A DNA stretch of 64,000 nucleotides from assembly GCA_977017575.1 (NCBI GenBank), contig CDRNVI010000026.1:558001-622000 (forward strand), read 5' to 3'. The DNA is from Paramoeba atlantica. Taxonomy: Eukaryota > Protista > Discosea. The translations under genes were made by a program, and so were the position numbers. The number at the start of each line of letters is the position of its first letter. Position 1 is the stretch's first letter. Below are positions 62,040 through 64,000 of this stretch, piece by piece. The notes under the pieces were generated by a model. The model was given only the letters and a program-made list of their open reading frames with translations. It ran no database searches and was not told where the DNA came from.

Positions 62040-64000
62040 AACAAAGGTCTTCAAAAAAACAAAGGTCTTCAAAAAAAAAAAGGTCTTCAAAAAAACAAAG
62101 GTCTTCAAAAAAACAAAGTTCTTCAAAAAAAACAAAGGTCTTCAAAAAAACAAAGGTCTTCAAAAAAACAAAGGTCTTCAAAAAAAAACAAAGGTCTTCA
62201 AAAAAACAAAGGTCTTCAAAAAAAACAAAGGTCTTCAAAAAAAACAAAGGTCTTCAAAAAAACATAGGTCTTCAAAAAAACAAAGGTCTTCAAAAAAAAC
62301 AAAGTTCTTCAAAAAAAACAAAGGTCTTCAAAAAAACAAAGGTCTTCAAAAAAACAAAGGTCTTCAAAAAAAACAAAGGTCTTCAAAAAAACAAAGGTCT
62401 TCAAAAAAAACAAAGGTCTTCAAAAAAAACAAAGGTCTTCAAAAAAACATAGGTCTTCAAAAAAACAAAGGTCTTCAAAAAAACAAAGGTCTTCAAAAAA
62501 ACAAAGGTCTTCAAAAAAACAAAGGTCTTCAAAAACAAAGGTCTTCAAAAAAACAAAGGTCTTCAAAAAAACAAAGATCTTCAAAAAAAGAAAGGTCTTC
62601 AAAAAAAACAAAGGTCTTCAAAAAAACAAAGGTCTTCAAAAAAACAAAGGTCTTCAAAAAAACAAAGGTCTTCAAAAAAACAAAGGTCTTCAAAAAAACA
62701 AAAGGTCTTCAAAAAAAGAAAGGTCTTCAAAAAAACAAAGGTCTTCAAAAAAACAAAGGTCTTCGAAAAAACAAAGGTCTTCAAAAAAACAAAGGTCTTC
62801 AAAAAAACAAAGGTCTTCAAAAAAACAAAGGTCTTCAAAAAAACAAAAGGTCTTCAAAAAAAGAAAGGTCTTCAAAAAAACAAAGGTCTTCAAAAAAACA
62901 AAGGTCTTCGAAAAAACAAAGGTCTTCAAAAAAACAAAGGTCTTCAAAAAAAAAAAGGTCTTCAAAAAAAACAAAGGTCTTCAAAAAAACAAAAGTCTTT
63001 AAAAAAACAAAGTCTTCAAAAAATCAAAGGTCTTCAAAAAAACAAAGGTCTTCAAAAAAACAAAGGTCTTCAAAAAAACAAAGGTCTTCAAAAAAACAAA
63101 GGTCTTCAAAAAAACATAGGTCTTCAAAAAAACAAAGGTCTTCAAAAAAACAAAGGTCTTCAAAAAAAAAAAGGTCTTCAAAAAAAAAGGGTCTTCAAAA
63201 AAAACAAAGGTCTTCAAAAAAACAAAAGTCTTCAAAAAAACAAAGTCTTCAAAAAATCAAAGGTCTTCAAAAAAACAAAGGTCTTCAAAAAAACAAAGGT
63301 CTTCAAAAAAACAAAGGTCTTCAAAAAAACAAAGGTCTTCAAAAAAATAAAGGTCTTCAAAAAAACAAAGGTCTTCAAAAAAACAAAGGTCTTCAAAAAA
63401 ACATAGGTCTTCAAAAAAACAAAGGTCTTCAAAAAAACAAAGGTCTTCAAAAAAACAAAGGTCTTCAAAAAAAAAAAGGTCTTCAAAAAAACAAAGGTCT
63501 TCAAAAAAACAAAGTTCTTCAAAAAAAACAAAGGTCTTCAAAAAAACAAAGGTCTTCAAAAAAACAAAGGTCTTCAAAAAAAAACAAAGGTCTTCAAAAA
63601 AACAAAGGTCTTCAAAAAAAACAAAGGTCTTCAAAAAAAACAAAGGTCTTCAAAAAAACATAGGTCTTCAAAAAAACAAAGGTCTTCAAAAAAAACAAAG
63701 TTCTTCAAAAAAAACAAAGGTCTTCAAAAAAACAAAGGTCTTCAAAAAAACAAAGGTCTTCAAAAAAAACAAAGGTCTTCAAAAAAACAAAGGTCTTCAA
63801 AAAAAACAAAGGTCTTCAAAAAAAACAAAGGTCTTCAAAAAAACATAGGTCTTCAAAAAAACAAAGGTCTTCAAAAAAACAAAGGTCTTCAAAAAAACAA
63901 AGGTCTTCAAAAAAACAAAGGTCTTCAAAAACAAAGGTCTTCAAAAAAACAAAGGTCTTCAAAAAAACAAAGATCTTCAAAAAAAGAAAGGTCTTCAAAA
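62040..64000 (+). repeat. Duplication, offset 1396 bp, continuing past the window end
   Basis: AAAGTTCTTC 62118/63514 and 62304/63700; AGATCT 62575/63971. Confidence 0.82.

Larger units (their letters stand above)
1..64000 (+). repeat. Tandem satellite array, 18-bp monomer AAAAAAACAAAGGTCTTC, about 3,500-3,600 copies, all head-to-tail; runs off both window ends
   Basis: Every row consists of A(5-11)-[C/G/A/T]-AAA-GGTCTTC units or single-change variants of them. No inverted units or unique inserts were seen. ORF translations are hexapeptide repeats (KKTKVF/QKNKGL/KKQRSS on +, LKTFVF/EDLCFF on -), as an 18-nt period predicts. Confidence 0.99.

Noticed and set aside
22833-63351. AATAAA polyadenylation signals at about 22835, 33687, 45812, 51459 and 63348
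   Set aside because: Each is a single C>T at monomer position 8, mostly propagated by duplication, with no gene context.
102-63998. Hundreds of minus-strand ORFs (LKTFVF/EDLCFF repeats)
   Set aside because: These are translations of the reverse-complement monomer starting at TTG within the repeat; they are bounded by indels that shift into the TGA-containing frame.
1-64000. CRISPR array
   Set aside because: There are no unique spacers, the 18-bp period is far too short, the repeat is non-palindromic and no cas genes are present.
1-64000. Telomeric repeat tract
   Set aside because: There is no G-rich strand or TTAGG(G)-like motif. Length and kb-scale higher-order structure indicate recombinational amplification and not telomerase synthesis.
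1-64000. Synthetic concatemer (each monomer has a BbsI site GAAGAC and an MboII site; four BsaI GGTCTC variants at 17220, 30305, 32165, 55623) or sequencing-noise artefact
   Set aside because: Nested, linked mutations replicated at exact multi-kb offsets indicate evolutionary amplification. A ligation product or basecalling noise would not show this hierarchy. Local misassembly is still possible.
1-64000. CENP-B box, intrinsic terminators, G-quadruplex or cruciform-forming elements
   Set aside because: There is no CENP-B box motif, there are only GG doublets separated by 16 nt, and no inverted repeats beyond 4-6 bp palindromes. The minus-strand T7 runs lack a preceding hairpin.

Overview
The whole 64 kb window is one uninterrupted, single-orientation tandem satellite array. 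The consensus monomer is 18 bp, AAAAAAACAAAGGTCTTC (10 A, 3 C, 2 G, 3 T; about 28% GC), with roughly 3,500-3,600 copies (64,000 divided by about 18). I saw no unique sequence, gene, RNA gene, transposon or CRISPR spacer; all ORFs in the track are translations of the repeat. The array has layered internal structure. First, a fixed set of variant monomers (15-19 bp) is arranged in stereotyped cassettes: a 13-monomer/231-bp cassette and a 3-monomer/53-bp trio. Second, there are many local tandem duplications with different periods (461, 899, 968, 1039, 1201, 1396, 1580, 1593, 1613, 1810, 1860, 1887, 2683 and about 5,630-5,650 bp). Third, a degenerate, collinear super-repeat has offsets of about 17-25 kb, with about 23 kb the best supported. 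Fourth, the left (<11.6 kb) and right (>59.7 kb) domains are distinct and share a rare variant that I did not see in the centre. This organisation resembles eukaryotic centromeric or heterochromatic satellite DNA, but host, family and function cannot be determined from the sequence. All offsets were read by eye from marker variants and ORF-track coordinates, and block boundaries are approximate.
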